DNA of 64,000 nt from Ruminococcaceae bacterium UBA3220. Lineage in GTDB: Bacteria > Bacillota > Clostridia > Oscillospirales > Acutalibacteraceae. Below, piece by piece: positions 36,241 through 46,211 of this stretch; position 1 is the first letter of the stretch; every line of letters begins with the position of its first letter. The notes beneath the pieces are model-generated. The model saw nothing but the letters and a program-made list of their open reading frames with translations. It ran no database searches and was not told the DNA's origin. A program made the position numbers and the translations under genes. The DNA lies in assembly GCA_002363095.1 (NCBI GenBank), contig DEWC01000111.1, forward strand, positions 5,165 to 69,164, in the 5' to 3' direction.

Positions 36241-37518
36241 ATGAGTGGAATAGGAACAAAATGTGTTCAGGGCGGATATACGCCTAATAACGGCGAACCG
36301 AGGCAGATACCGGTTATTCAGAGCACTACTTTTAAATATGACACAAGCGAGGATATGGGAAAACTCTTTGATTTAGAGGCATCCGGGTATTTTTATACCC
36401 GTCTTGCAAACCCGACTTCCGATTATGTTGCCAAAAAGATATGCGAAATGGAGGGCGGTACCGCCGCAATGCTTACATCGTCAGGTATGGCGGCAAGTTT
36501 TTTGGCGGTTTTCAACATCTGCTCGTGCGGAGACCATTTTATATCTTCGTCGGCGATTTACGGCGGAACATATAATCTTTTTGCCGTAACGTTAAAGAGA
36601 ATGGGAATCGAGGTTACCTTCGTTTCTCCCGATGCGTCCGAGGAGGAGATAGACGCCGCATTTAAGCCCAACACAAAACTCATTTTCGGCGAAACAATTG
36701 CAAATCCGGCGCTTGATGTTCTCGATATTGAAAAATTTGCCAAAATTGCCCATAAAAACGGCGTTCCGCTTATTCTTGACAATACCTTCCCGACGCCCGT
36801 AAACTGCAATCCCTTCAAATGGGGCGCCGATATTGTAACCCACGCCACAACAAAGTATATGGACGGCCACGGAAGCGCCGTAGGCGGCGCCATTGTTGAC
36901 AGCGGTAATTTTGACTGGACAAAATACCCCGAAAAATATCCGGGTCTTTGCACACCCGATGAAAGTTACCACGGAATTGTCTATACCGAGCGTTTCGGCA
37001 TAGGCGGCGCCTTTATAACAAAATGCGTTGCCCAGCTTATGAGGGATTTAGGCGTCGCGCCGGCACCGATGAACGCGTTTTTGCTTAATCTCGGGCTTGA
37101 AAGCCTGCATGTAAGAATGAAGAGACATTGCGAAAACGGTTTGGCGGTAGCAAAATTCCTTCAAAGCCATCCGAAGGTTTCGTGGGTCAAATATCCGGGG
37201 CTTGAAGGCTCAAAGGATTATGAACTTGTCAAAAAATATATGCCTGAAGGCACCTGCGGCGTTGTAAGTTTCGGTGTCAAGGGCGGCAGAGAGGCTGCGT
37301 CAAAGTTTATGAAATCGCTTAAACTTGTTGCGATAGAAACCCATGTTGCCGATGCGAGGTCCTGTTGCCTGCACCCTGCGACCTCCACCCACAGACAGTT
37401 AAGCGACGCCGAACTTTACGAATGCGGTGTTTCACCCGACCTTATAAGAATGTCTTTCGGAATCGAGGATAGCGCAGACCTTATTGCCGATGTTTCGCAG
37501 GCGCTCGATAATGTTTGA
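36241..37518 (+). CDS. metY: O-acetylhomoserine sulfhydrylase (PLP, Cys/Met metabolism family)
   Basis: ATG 36241 after GGAGGG; MSGIGTKCVQGGY; PLP-lysine block HATTKYMDGHG. Confidence 0.88.
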   Translation: MSGIGTKCVQGGYTPNNGEPRQIPVIQSTTFKYDTSEDMGKLFDLEASGYFYTRLANPTSDYVAKKICEMEGGTAAMLTSSGMAASFLAVFNICSCGDHFISSSAIYGGTYNLFAVTLKRMGIEVTFVSPDASEEEIDAAFKPNTKLIFGETIANPALDVLDIEKFAKIAHKNGVPLILDNTFPTPVNCNPFKWGADIVTHATTKYMDGHGSAVGGAIVDSGNFDWTKYPEKYPGLCTPDESYHGIVYTERFGIGGAFITKCVAQLMRDLGVAPAPMNAFLLNLGLESLHVRMKRHCENGLAVAKFLQSHPKVSWVKYPGLEGSKDYELVKKYMPEGTCGVVSFGVKGGREAASKFMKSLKLVAIETHVADARSCCLHPATSTHRQLSDAELYECGVSPDLIRMSFGIEDSADLIADVSQALDNV

Positions 37519-37542
37519 AACTAACGATAAAGAGGTTTAAAA

Positions 37543-38466
37543 ATGCCTATAAAAATACCTGATAATTTGCCGGCGGTTAAGATTTTAGCCGAAGAGAATA
37601 TCTTTGTTATGACCGAAAAAAGGGCTATGACGCAGGATATTCGACCGCTTAAAATTCTGTTGCTTAATCTTATGCCGAAAAAGGTTGAAACCGAGACGCA
37701 GATAAGCCGAATTCTCGGTAACACGCCTTTGCAGATTGAACTCACCCTTATAAGAACAAAAACCCATAAAGCGCAAAACATCGCCGAAGAGCATCTTTTG
37801 TCGTTCTATAAAACCTTTGATGAAATAAAGGATTTGAAATTTGACGGAATGATAATCACCGGCGCGCCGGTAGAGCACCTCGAATTTGAAGAGGTTGACT
37901 ACTGGGACGAGCTTTGCAAAATTATGGAGTGGAGCAAGAAAAATGTTCACAGCACCTTCCATATTTGCTGGGGAGCGCAGGCGGGACTTTATTATCATTA
38001 CGGCATAAAAAAATATCCGCTTAACAAAAAACTGTTCGGCATTTTTTCGCATAAATGTGATTATCCGAAGTCTATGCTGCTTCGCGGTTTTGACGATGTT
38101 TTTTATGCTCCGCATTCGCGCCATACATTTGTAAAGCGTGAGGATATTGAGGCATGCCCGGACCTTCGCGTTTTAGCATCGTCCGATGAAGCGGGTGTGC
38201 ATATCATAACCAAAATCGGCGGCAGGCAGTTTTTTGTTTTAGGTCATTCCGAATACGATGCCCTTACACTTGACGGCGAGTACCGCAGGGATAGGGAAGC
38301 GGGATTGCCGATTGATATACCGGCTAATTATTATGTTGACGATGACCCCGAAAAACCGCCCGTGAACAAATGGAAGGCGCACGGAAATCTTATGTTTACG
38401 AACTGGCTTAACTATTTTGTTTACCAGTCTACACCTTATGATATAAAGAGTATTAAAGATGATTAA
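37543..38466 (+). CDS. metA: Homoserine O-acyltransferase MetA family
   Basis: 307 aa; [11 protein letters not shown]...[12 protein letters not shown]...ICWGAQAG catalytic Cys block. Confidence 0.9.
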   Translation: MPIKIPDNLPAVKILAEENIFVMTEKRAMTQDIRPLKILLLNLMPKKVETETQISRILGNTPLQIELTLIRTKTHKAQNIAEEHLLSFYKTFDEIKDLKFDGMIITGAPVEHLEFEEVDYWDELCKIMEWSKKNVHSTFHICWGAQAGLYYHYGIKKYPLNKKLFGIFSHKCDYPKSMLLRGFDDVFYAPHSRHTFVKREDIEACPDLRVLASSDEAGVHIITKIGGRQFFVLGHSEYDALTLDGEYRRDREAGLPIDIPANYYVDDDPEKPPVNKWKAHGNLMFTNWLNYFVYQSTPYDIKSIKDD

Positions 38467-39265
38467 CGGTAAATTTTTTGTTATTGATTCGCATTGCCAC
38501 ATATACCCCGAAAAAATCGCAAGCAAGGCGGTCGCCGGAACAGACGCATTTTACGGCGTAACCTCGGTTATGGGCGGAAAAACCTCCGAACTAAAAGAAA
38601 TTTCACGCTCGGCTGGGATAGATATGTTCGTTGTCGAATCGGTTGCGACAACGCCTAAGCAGGTGCCGAGCATCAACCGTTTTATAGCCGAAGAAACCGA
38701 AAAATCGAACGGGCTGTTTGTCGGCGTCGGAACCTTGCATCCCGACAGCGAGGATATAGCGGGGGATATTGACGACCTTATCGCGCTGGGGCTTAAAGGA
38801 GTCAAACTCCACCCCGATATTCAGCGTTTTAAAATTGACGATTACCGGTGCCTTAAAATTTATGAAATTTGCGAAAAGAAGGGGCTCCCCATTCTTATGC
38901 ATACCGGAGATAACAGGTATGATTATTCAAACCCCAACCGCTTAAAACCCATACTTGATATCTATAAAGGATTGACGGTCATCGGCGCCCATTTCGGCGG
39001 TTATTCTATTTGGGAAGAGGCGGCGCAAGAGCTTCACGGCATTGATAATTTTTATGTTGACTGTTCGTCAAGTTTCTTTAATTTCAGCGATGACGAAATA
39101 GTAAGACTTATAAGGACCTACGGTGTAGATAGGGTGCTTTTCGGCACCGATTTTCCGATGTGGTCGCCCAAAGCGGAACTTGAAAGGTTTATGAATTTGC
39201 CCTTTAACGACGACGAGCGAAAACTTATTTTAAGCGAAAACGCCAAGAAAATTTACGGCATATAA
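38459..39265 (+). CDS. Amidohydrolase-2 family metal-dependent TIM-barrel hydrolase
   Basis: [24 protein letters not shown] motifs; 8-nt overlap with metA. Confidence 0.7.
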   Translation: MINGKFFVIDSHCHIYPEKIASKAVAGTDAFYGVTSVMGGKTSELKEISRSAGIDMFVVESVATTPKQVPSINRFIAEETEKSNGLFVGVGTLHPDSEDIAGDIDDLIALGLKGVKLHPDIQRFKIDDYRCLKIYEICEKKGLPILMHTGDNRYDYSNPNRLKPILDIYKGLTVIGAHFGGYSIWEEAAQELHGIDNFYVDCSSSFFNFSDDEIVRLIRTYGVDRVLFGTDFPMWSPKAELERFMNLPFNDDERKLILSENAKKIYGI

Positions 39266-39279
39266 ATCTGGACAATGTA

Positions 39280-39422
39280 TCAATAATGGTTTTGCGCGTA
39301 GGGCGGATGATATCCACCCCTACAACACAGTCAATAATGCTTTCGCGCGTAGCGATATATAAATCCGTTGTCGCTTTGCGACAACACCGAAATTATTCAT
39401 TATTCATTATTAATTATTCATT
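39280..39422. repeat. Modular intergenic repeat unit, copy C (includes a REP-like palindrome and a duplicated head)
   Basis: TCAATAATGNTTTYGCGCGTAG at 39280-39301 and 39331-39352; palindrome 39298-39323; hairpin GTTGTCGC-TTT-GCGACAAC 39367-39385; ATTATTC-type heptamers 39392-39419. Confidence 0.8.
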
Positions 39423-39444
39423 AAAAAGTCCTGCATGAAGGCAT

Positions 39445-39476
39445 AAAAAGACCGGTTCGGAATTGTCCGAACCGGT
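39445..39476 (-). terminator. Intrinsic terminator of the ACP gene
   Basis: The minus strand reads ACCGGTTCGG-ACAATT-CCGAACCGGT followed by CTTTTT. Confidence 0.75.
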
Positions 39477-39496
39477 TTGCAATATGCTTTTGAAAA

Positions 39497-39727
39497 TCAA
39501 TCCATGTGGTCTTGTATGTATTCAACAACATCGCCGATGGTTTTAAGGTCTTCAATTTTCTCATCGGGAATTTCAACATCGAATTCGTCTTCAACCGACA
39601 TAAGCATTTCGACAACATCAAGACTGTCGGTGCCTAAGTCTTCGAGAATTTTTGTCTCGGGTGTTAATGTTTCGCCATCGATGTCGAGTTGTAGAGCAAT
39701 AATTTCTTTTAATTTTTCAAATACCAT
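39497..39727 (-). CDS. acpP: Acyl carrier protein (stand-alone)
   Basis: 76 aa; LGTDSLDVVEMLM phosphopantetheine-Ser motif; acidic helical protein. Confidence 0.88.
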   Translation of the reverse strand: MVFEKLKEIIALQLDIDGETLTPETKILEDLGTDSLDVVEMLMSVEDEFDVEIPDEKIEDLKTIGDVVEYIQDHMD

Positions 39728-39820
39728 AGTCTGTCAACCTTTCGAAGAAATACTTACTATTAGAATGATATGTTTTCTTTGCGCATTTGTCAATAGCTTT
39801 TTTGAAAAAAACAAAAAATC

Positions 39821-39849
39821 TTGCAAAAAAGCCGTAAATAAGTTATAAT
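39821..39849 (+). promoter_or_regulatory. Sigma-A type promoter of proS (TTGCAA-17-TATAAT)
   Basis: TTGCAA 39821-39826, TATAAT 39844-39849; about 90-nt leader with one hairpin CGGGACAGC...GCTGTTTTTATCCCG. Confidence 0.55.
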
Positions 39850-39941
39850 TTAATGGTAATTTTTTTGATAAGTATATTCGGGACAGCGGTTGAGATATTA
39901 CGGCTGTTTTTATCCCGGCATATGAAACGGAGATATTTTTT

Positions 39942-41375
39942 ATGGCAAAGGAAAAACTGGTAAAAGAAATTACCTCGATGGACGAGGATTTTGCGAAATG
40001 GTATACCGATGTTTGCATTAAAGCCGAGCTTATTGACTATTCGTCGGTAAAGGGATGTATGATAATCCGCCCTTACGGATACGCCATTTGGGAGAATATA
40101 CAAAGGATAATGGACGGGCTTTTTAAGGAAAAGGGACATGAAAATGTTTATATGCCTCTATTTATTCCCGAAAGCCTTTTGCAAAAGGAAAAAGACCATG
40201 TAGAGGGCTTTGCACCCGAGGTTGCATGGGTAACAATGGGTGGCGAGGAAAAACTTGAAGAACGCCTTTGTGTTCGCCCGACATCCGAGACTCTTTTTTG
40301 CGACCATTTTAAAAATGTTGTCCATTCCTACCGTGATTTGCCGAAGCTGTATAACCAGTGGTGCAGTGTTGTAAGATGGGAAAAAACGACAAGGCCGTTC
40401 CTTCGCTCGCGTGAATTCTTGTGGCAGGAGGGACACACCCTTCACGCTACCCCGGAAGAAGCAAAAGCCGAAACAGAACAGCAACTCAATGTATATGCTC
40501 ATTTTGCCGAAAAGTATCTTTGTATGCCGGTGATAAAAGGTCAAAAAACCGAAAAAGAGCGTTTTGCCGGCGCCGAAGCCACCTATACCATAGAGGCGCT
40601 TATGCATGACGGAAAGGCGCTTCAAAGCGGAACCTCGCATTATTTCGGGGACGGTTTTTCGAGAGCTTTCGAGGTAACCTATACCGATAAGGACAACAAG
40701 CAGGTTTATCCGTTCCAGACCTCGTGGGGAACGACAACAAGGCTTATAGGCGCCGTTATTATGACTCACGGCGACGATAACGGTCTTGTACTGCCTCCCG
40801 AAATCGCTCCGATTCAGACCGTAATTATCCCCATCGCTTCGCACAAGCCGGGTGTTCTTGAAAAGGCAAACGAGATAACCGAAAGGTTAAAAAATGTTTG
40901 TCGTGTAAAACTTGATGTTTCCGAACAGACTCCGGGATGGAAGTTCGCTGAATACGAAATGAAGGGCGTTCCGCTCAGGCTTGAAATAGGACCGCGTGAT
41001 ATTGAAAACAATCAATGCGTTGTAGCAAGAAGAGATAACGGCGAAAAGGTAACCGTTTCGCTTGACTGCGTCGAAACCGAAATTCCGAAACTGCTTGACG
41101 CATACGGCAAGGGCCTTTATGACAAGGCGTTTGCCCGTCGCGCGGATATGACTTATGACGCAAAAACATTAGACGAGATAAAGGAAATTGCCGATACGAA
41201 GCCCGGATTTATCCGTGCCATGTGGTGCGGAGACCGTGAGTGCGAGGATAAGCTCAAAGAAATTGCCGGCGTAACCTCCCGTTGCATTCCGTTCGAACAG
41301 GAACACTTATCCGACACCTGCGTTTGCTGCGGCAAAAAGGCGGAGAAAATGCTTTATTGGGGCAAAGCATACTGA
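39942..41375 (+). CDS. proS: Proline--tRNA ligase (477-aa archaeal/eukaryote-like type)
   Basis: Class II motifs ([19 protein letters not shown]), ends ...YWGKAY; lacks the bacterial insertion domain, judged by its length. Confidence 0.9.
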   Translation: MAKEKLVKEITSMDEDFAKWYTDVCIKAELIDYSSVKGCMIIRPYGYAIWENIQRIMDGLFKEKGHENVYMPLFIPESLLQKEKDHVEGFAPEVAWVTMGGEEKLEERLCVRPTSETLFCDHFKNVVHSYRDLPKLYNQWCSVVRWEKTTRPFLRSREFLWQEGHTLHATPEEAKAETEQQLNVYAHFAEKYLCMPVIKGQKTEKERFAGAEATYTIEALMHDGKALQSGTSHYFGDGFSRAFEVTYTDKDNKQVYPFQTSWGTTTRLIGAVIMTHGDDNGLVLPPEIAPIQTVIIPIASHKPGVLEKANEITERLKNVCRVKLDVSEQTPGWKFAEYEMKGVPLRLEIGPRDIENNQCVVARRDNGEKVTVSLDCVETEIPKLLDAYGKGLYDKAFARRADMTYDAKTLDEIKEIADTKPGFIRAMWCGDRECEDKLKEIAGVTSRCIPFEQEHLSDTCVCCGKKAEKMLYWGKAY

Positions 41376-41388
41376 TTTTTAACTTTAA

Positions 41389-41415
41389 GTGCCGAAGGAA
41401 TTTCGGCACTTTTTT
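41389..41415 (+). terminator. Intrinsic terminator of proS
   Basis: GTGCCGAA-GGAA-TTCGGCAC followed by TTTTT. Confidence 0.75.
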
Positions 41416-41544
41416 GTAACTTGTTTGTAACTTTTTCATTAAAAGACTTGAAATAGCGGGTGAATTTGTGTAAAATAATATTATCTATAAATATATGATT
41501 ATTTATGCAGTATTTTGTTACAGAAATTAAGAGAGGTGCATTTT

Positions 41545-42621
41545 ATGCCTAACAGATTATTCCAGGGTGTAATTCAGCAGATGAAGGAAACCATCGACCG
41601 CAAATTCGGCGTTTTGGATGAATCACTCAATGTTATCGCGAGCAGCGATCTCGATATGATAGGGGAACAGCTTAACATTGCCGTTGTAAACTCGACCGAG
41701 GTTTTTACAGCCGGAGGTTTTGCCCTTAAAAAAATCGATTCCAATCAGGGCGGAGATTATACGGTTTTTGTTGAGGGACAAGATATATTGTCGTCAAAAT
41801 ACGCCGGGATTTTAGCGGTTGCCTTTTCCAATATTAAATTTTATTATGATGAAAAGTACGACCGTGCAAACTTCATTAAGAACATTGTGCTTGATAATAT
41901 TTTGCAGGGCGATATTTATATTAAGGCGAGGGAACTTTATTTCAGCAGTGATGTTCAGAGAACCGTCATTTTAGTTCGCGCGCTCGAACAAAACGATGTT
42001 GCTCTGTATGATATTCTTCAAAACCTTTTCCCCGATAAATCCAAGGATTTTATAATCAATATCAACGAAACCGATATTGCCATAGTTAAAGAAACCAACA
42101 GCGGAGTAGGCTCTAAGGATATTGAAAACTTAGCTTCGACAATCGCCGATACCATTTCGGGCGAGTTTTTCGTACATATCGTTATCGGCATAGGAACTAC
42201 CGTTGATAATCTTAAAGATTTGGCCCGCTCCTTCAAGGATGCCCAAATAGCGCTTGAAGTCGGTAAGGTTTTTGATACCGAAAAGACGATTATTTCATAT
42301 GATAACTTAGGTATAGCAAGGCTTATATATCAACTCCCGACAACCCTTTGCGAAACCTTCCTTCGCGAAGTTTTTAAGCGCGGGTCAATTGACAGTCTTG
42401 ACCACGAAACACTGTTCACCATTCAGTGCTTTTTCGAAAACAACCTGAATGTTTCGGAAACTTCGAGAAAACTTTTCGTTCACAGAAACACCCTTGTTTA
42501 CCGTCTTGAAAAAATCAAGAAGATAACCGGACTTGACCTTCGGGAGTTTGATCACGCGATAATATTCAAAATCGCGCTTATGGTCAATAAATACCTTAAA
42601 AGCGCACCGGTTAAATACTGA
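41545..42621 (+). CDS. PucR/CdaR-family transcriptional regulator
   Basis: ATG 41545 after AGAGGTG; C-terminal HTH NVSETSRKLFVHRNTLVYRLEKIKKITGLD typical of the PucR C-terminal domain. Confidence 0.75.
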   Translation: MPNRLFQGVIQQMKETIDRKFGVLDESLNVIASSDLDMIGEQLNIAVVNSTEVFTAGGFALKKIDSNQGGDYTVFVEGQDILSSKYAGILAVAFSNIKFYYDEKYDRANFIKNIVLDNILQGDIYIKARELYFSSDVQRTVILVRALEQNDVALYDILQNLFPDKSKDFIININETDIAIVKETNSGVGSKDIENLASTIADTISGEFFVHIVIGIGTTVDNLKDLARSFKDAQIALEVGKVFDTEKTIISYDNLGIARLIYQLPTTLCETFLREVFKRGSIDSLDHETLFTIQCFFENNLNVSETSRKLFVHRNTLVYRLEKIKKITGLDLREFDHAIIFKIALMVNKYLKSAPVKY

Positions 42622-42639
42622 TTGAAAGAGAGAAAAACC

Positions 42640-43371
42640 ATGTCTGAAAATGTTACAGATATAAATTCCGTACAGACAAATGAAGCGCCTGTCATCGAGT
42701 TCAAAGGCGTTTCCAAAAGATACACCAACGGAACCCATGCGCTTGAAGATGTGAATATAAGAATAAATAAAGGTGAATTTGTTTTTGTCGTAGGCTCCTC
42801 CGGTGCCGGGAAAAGCACCTTTATGAAGCTTATTATGCGCGAAGAAAAAGCCAACACGGGAACCATTAAGGTTAACGGCTTCAATTTAACAAAAATGCGA
42901 AGAAAACAAATCCCGATGCTTAGAAGAACCATGGGAATTGTTTTCCAGGATTTCCGTCTTATTCCTAAGATGACGGTTTTTGACAATGTTGCGTTTGCGA
43001 TGCATGTTGTAGGCGCTCCGAGCCGAAGAATACGAAAAGAGGTAACCAATGCTCTGGCTGCCGTCGGACTCGGTGATAAGGCAAGGTCGATGCCGAACGA
43101 ACTTTCGGGCGGCGAACAGCAGAGGGTAGGTATCGCGAGAGCGCTTGTCAATAATCCCGCTTTGATTATTGCCGACGAGCCTACGGGAAATGTTGACCCC
43201 AATATGTCATATGATATTGTCTCAATGCTTGCCTCAATCAACAAAATGGGGACCACCGTTCTTATGGTAACCCACGACCATCAGTTGGTAAGAGAGTTCA
43301 AGCAGCGCGTAATAATGCTCGATTCCGGCAAAATTGTTGCCGATAATACCGCCGGAGGTGAGGAAGAATGA
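42640..43371 (+). CDS. ftsE: Cell-division ABC ATPase FtsE
   Basis: GSSGAGKST, LSGGEQQRV, IIADEPTGNVD; followed by ftsX with a 4-nt overlap. Confidence 0.88.
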   Translation: MSENVTDINSVQTNEAPVIEFKGVSKRYTNGTHALEDVNIRINKGEFVFVVGSSGAGKSTFMKLIMREEKANTGTIKVNGFNLTKMRRKQIPMLRRTMGIVFQDFRLIPKMTVFDNVAFAMHVVGAPSRRIRKEVTNALAAVGLGDKARSMPNELSGGEQQRVGIARALVNNPALIIADEPTGNVDPNMSYDIVSMLASINKMGTTVLMVTHDHQLVREFKQRVIMLDSGKIVADNTAGGEEE

Positions 43372-44459
43372 AATTAGGTGATGTAAGATACCTTACCAAA
43401 GAGGGCATTAAAAGTACCTGGGCAAACAGACTTATGACCTTAGCGTCTATCGGTGTGCTTGTTGCCTGTATGGTGGTAATCGGACTTGCCGTTTTAATTT
43501 CGGAAAACGGCAATAAGGCGCTCGGGCATCTCGAAAAGCAAAATATTGTTATGGCTTATATGAAGGATTACAGTTGGGCGTTAGATATGAAAACGAATGC
43601 CGATACTGCCGATAAAACAGCCTCGGAACAAACCGCGGCTTCGAAAAGCGGCAATTCTTCCGAAAAAGGCGATGGCGCCCAAGACGGTGCGGCGGCCGAA
43701 ACTCCGGATGAAAACGGAATTAAGAATTCGGATTATGTAATCCACAGCGATGAAGAAGCAAAAAAACTCTGCAAGCAGATACGGAAAATCGACAATGTTA
43801 AAAATGTTGAGTTTATTTCGAGCGAAGAGGGGCTGAAAAATGTCGCAGAACAGCTCGGCAAGGATGAAAGCAACAAAAAACTCGTTATGGAACTTTTGAA
43901 AGACGATAACCCGCTTCCCCGCTCCGCTAAAATAACCATGACAAGTATGGATGAATTCGATTCAACCGTAAAGGCAATCGAAGAACTTGAAGGCATCAGT
44001 AATGTCCGTTCTCAGGGGGATGCCGCAAAGAAGATTTTGTCCATCAAAAACGGCGTCCAGATAGCGGGAATCTGGATGATTTCGATTCTTTTGCTTATTT
44101 CGCTTGTTATCGTTTCAAATACCATAAGGATAACCATGTATAACCGTAAACTTGAAATAAGCATAATGAAGGCGGTCGGCGCCACAAACTCATTTGTAAG
44201 ACTGCCGTTCATAGTTGAGGGTATCACGATAGGGCTTATTTCGGCGGTTATTTCGGAAGGCCTGTTATATTTCTGCTACCGCGTTGTAACCGATGAACTT
44301 GAGAACGTTTTGGGCGGAGCCGTTATTCCGTTTTCGCATATGGCGCTCATTCTCTTGGGAATATTCGCCGCCATAGGAACCGTTTCGGGCGTTATCGGAA
44401 GCTCGATAATGATAAGCAAGTACCTCCGTAAAGAGGGTAGTGAATTTGCCGCAATTTAA
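43368..44459 (+). CDS. ftsX: Cell-division permease-like protein FtsX (enlarged extracellular domain)
   Basis: 363 aa; TM1, long extracellular domain, then three C-terminal TMs with the EISIMKAVGAT motif. Confidence 0.85.
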   Translation: MKLGDVRYLTKEGIKSTWANRLMTLASIGVLVACMVVIGLAVLISENGNKALGHLEKQNIVMAYMKDYSWALDMKTNADTADKTASEQTAASKSGNSSEKGDGAQDGAAAETPDENGIKNSDYVIHSDEEAKKLCKQIRKIDNVKNVEFISSEEGLKNVAEQLGKDESNKKLVMELLKDDNPLPRSAKITMTSMDEFDSTVKAIEELEGISNVRSQGDAAKKILSIKNGVQIAGIWMISILLLISLVIVSNTIRITMYNRKLEISIMKAVGATNSFVRLPFIVEGITIGLISAVISEGLLYFCYRVVTDELENVLGGAVIPFSHMALILLGIFAAIGTVSGVIGSSIMISKYLRKEGSEFAAI

Positions 44460-44492
44460 TTTGCGATTATTCAGTTTAGGAGATTGATAACA

Positions 44493-45701
44493 ATGAACAG
44501 ACTTGCAAGAAAGATTATAACCGCGTTGCTTTGCTTTTCTTTGTTAGGTGCCACATTTGTTTTTTCAACCCCTGTTTTTTCCGAAACCTATCAACAGCAG
44601 ATTGACCGCCTTGAGAAGGAAAAAAAGGCAAAGGATGCTGAGATAAAAGAACTGGAGAAGCAGAAGGTAGACCCTCAAAAGCAGGTTGACGCTCTGAACA
44701 GCGCCATATCCGCCGTCCAGGAACAGATAAGCGTTTGCAATGCTGAAATATCCAAAATCAACGGCGAGATGTCTGCTAACAAAAAACGCATTGCGGACAA
44801 GCAAGCCGAAATGGAAGCGGACAAACTTGAATTCAAAAAGCGCGTTCGCGCCATATATATGTCGGATTTTGACAGTAATATCAAGATACTTTTAGGCGCC
44901 GAAAGTTTTTCTGATTTTTTGCAGTTAACCCAGCTTACTGCCTCGCTTTCGGCAAGAGACAAGGCGATGATAGAAAAACTCACATCCGAGATAACCGAGA
45001 TAAACAAACTTAACGAATCAAACCAAAAACTGCTTGATTCTCAGGTTGCAATTCGCGCAACGATAAAGGCAAAGCAGGCTGAACTTGAAGCAAAGCAGGC
45101 TGAGATAACCAAGGTCATAAATCAAATCGATGCGGAACAGAGTTCTCTTCAAAAGGATAAAAACGCCCTGCAAAAAGAAATAAACGAAACCAGGGCAAAG
45201 CAAAGGGCATATGAAGATAGCCTGCGCAGAAGCAGTACCAATTATCAAACCTTTATAAACCATAACACGGGCTTCCAGTGGCCGGTTAACGGATTCAGAA
45301 ACATTTCGGCAGGCTTCCAGAGTAACGATTCGGTTCATAGGGGACATCATAACGGCATAGATATTTCGGGTGGCGGAATTCAGGGTCAGCCGATAAGAGC
45401 GATAGCCGACGGTGTTGTTGAACTTGTTTCAAACAGTTGCTCGCATAACTATAAAAAATACGGAAACTGTTGCGGAAACGGCTATGGTAACTATTGCGTT
45501 ATCAACCACGGTACAATTAAGGGAGCAAACTATTCGGCATACTATGCCCACGCCCAGAAGATTATCGTTTCCCCGGGACAAAAGGTTACGCAGGGTCAGG
45601 TTATCGGCTATGTCGGTACAACCGGATGGTCAACCGGATATCATCTTCATCTCGGAATTTTAAGAAACGGGTCATGGATAAATCCCATGAGTTGTTTCTG
45701 A
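44493..45701 (+). CDS. Coiled-coil M23 peptidase (PcsB/EnvC-like murein hydrolase partner of FtsEX)
   Basis: Signal peptide; long coiled coil; M23 motifs HNGIDISG and GYHLHLG. Confidence 0.85.
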   Translation: MNRLARKIITALLCFSLLGATFVFSTPVFSETYQQQIDRLEKEKKAKDAEIKELEKQKVDPQKQVDALNSAISAVQEQISVCNAEISKINGEMSANKKRIADKQAEMEADKLEFKKRVRAIYMSDFDSNIKILLGAESFSDFLQLTQLTASLSARDKAMIEKLTSEITEINKLNESNQKLLDSQVAIRATIKAKQAELEAKQAEITKVINQIDAEQSSLQKDKNALQKEINETRAKQRAYEDSLRRSSTNYQTFINHNTGFQWPVNGFRNISAGFQSNDSVHRGHHNGIDISGGGIQGQPIRAIADGVVELVSNSCSHNYKKYGNCCGNGYGNYCVINHGTIKGANYSAYYAHAQKIIVSPGQKVTQGQVIGYVGTTGWSTGYHLHLGILRNGSWINPMSCF

Positions 45702-45706
45702 GATTT

Positions 45707-46204
45707 ATGAAACAAAAAATAATCAGAATAGCATCTGTTATTATGCTCTTGGCGGTTATGACGGCGGTATTCTTCTTTTCCGCCGAACCCGCCGACCGTT
45801 CGCAGGAGACAAGCGACGGCTTTATATTTAAAGTTGTTTCGGTGTTCTATCCGAAGGTAAAAACAATGACAGAAAAGCAGTGGAATGATTTTTTGGAGAA
45901 AGTATCAAACCCTGTGAGAAAACTCGCCCATTTTTCAATTTACGGACTAATGGGCGTTTTCTCGATTTTGTCAATAATATCTTATAGGCATCCTAAATAC
46001 GGGATAAGATGTATTTTTGCGTGGCTTGTGTGCATACTTTATGCCGTAAGCGATGAAATACATCAATTCTTCAGTGCCGGGCGAAGTTGTGAATTCCGTG
46101 ATATGCTGATTGACAGCTCAGGCGCCCTTCTCGGAATTGTTGTTATGACCGGAATTTGTATAATAGTAAGGAAAAGAGTTGAGAAGCGTGAAAACCGACG
46201 GTAA
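45707..46204 (+). CDS. VanZ-family membrane protein
   Basis: ATG 45707 right after the M23 stop; KLAHFSIYGLMG and SDEIHQFF motifs typical of VanZ. Confidence 0.75.
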   Translation: MKQKIIRIASVIMLLAVMTAVFFFSAEPADRSQETSDGFIFKVVSVFYPKVKTMTEKQWNDFLEKVSNPVRKLAHFSIYGLMGVFSILSIISYRHPKYGIRCIFAWLVCILYAVSDEIHQFFSAGRSCEFRDMLIDSSGALLGIVVMTGICIIVRKRVEKRENRR

Positions 46205-46211
46205 AAACGAA

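Noticed and set aside
39850-39941. T-box leader upstream of proS
   Set aside because: The leader is only about 90 nt, with a single modest hairpin. I saw no specifier-loop or T-box sequence.
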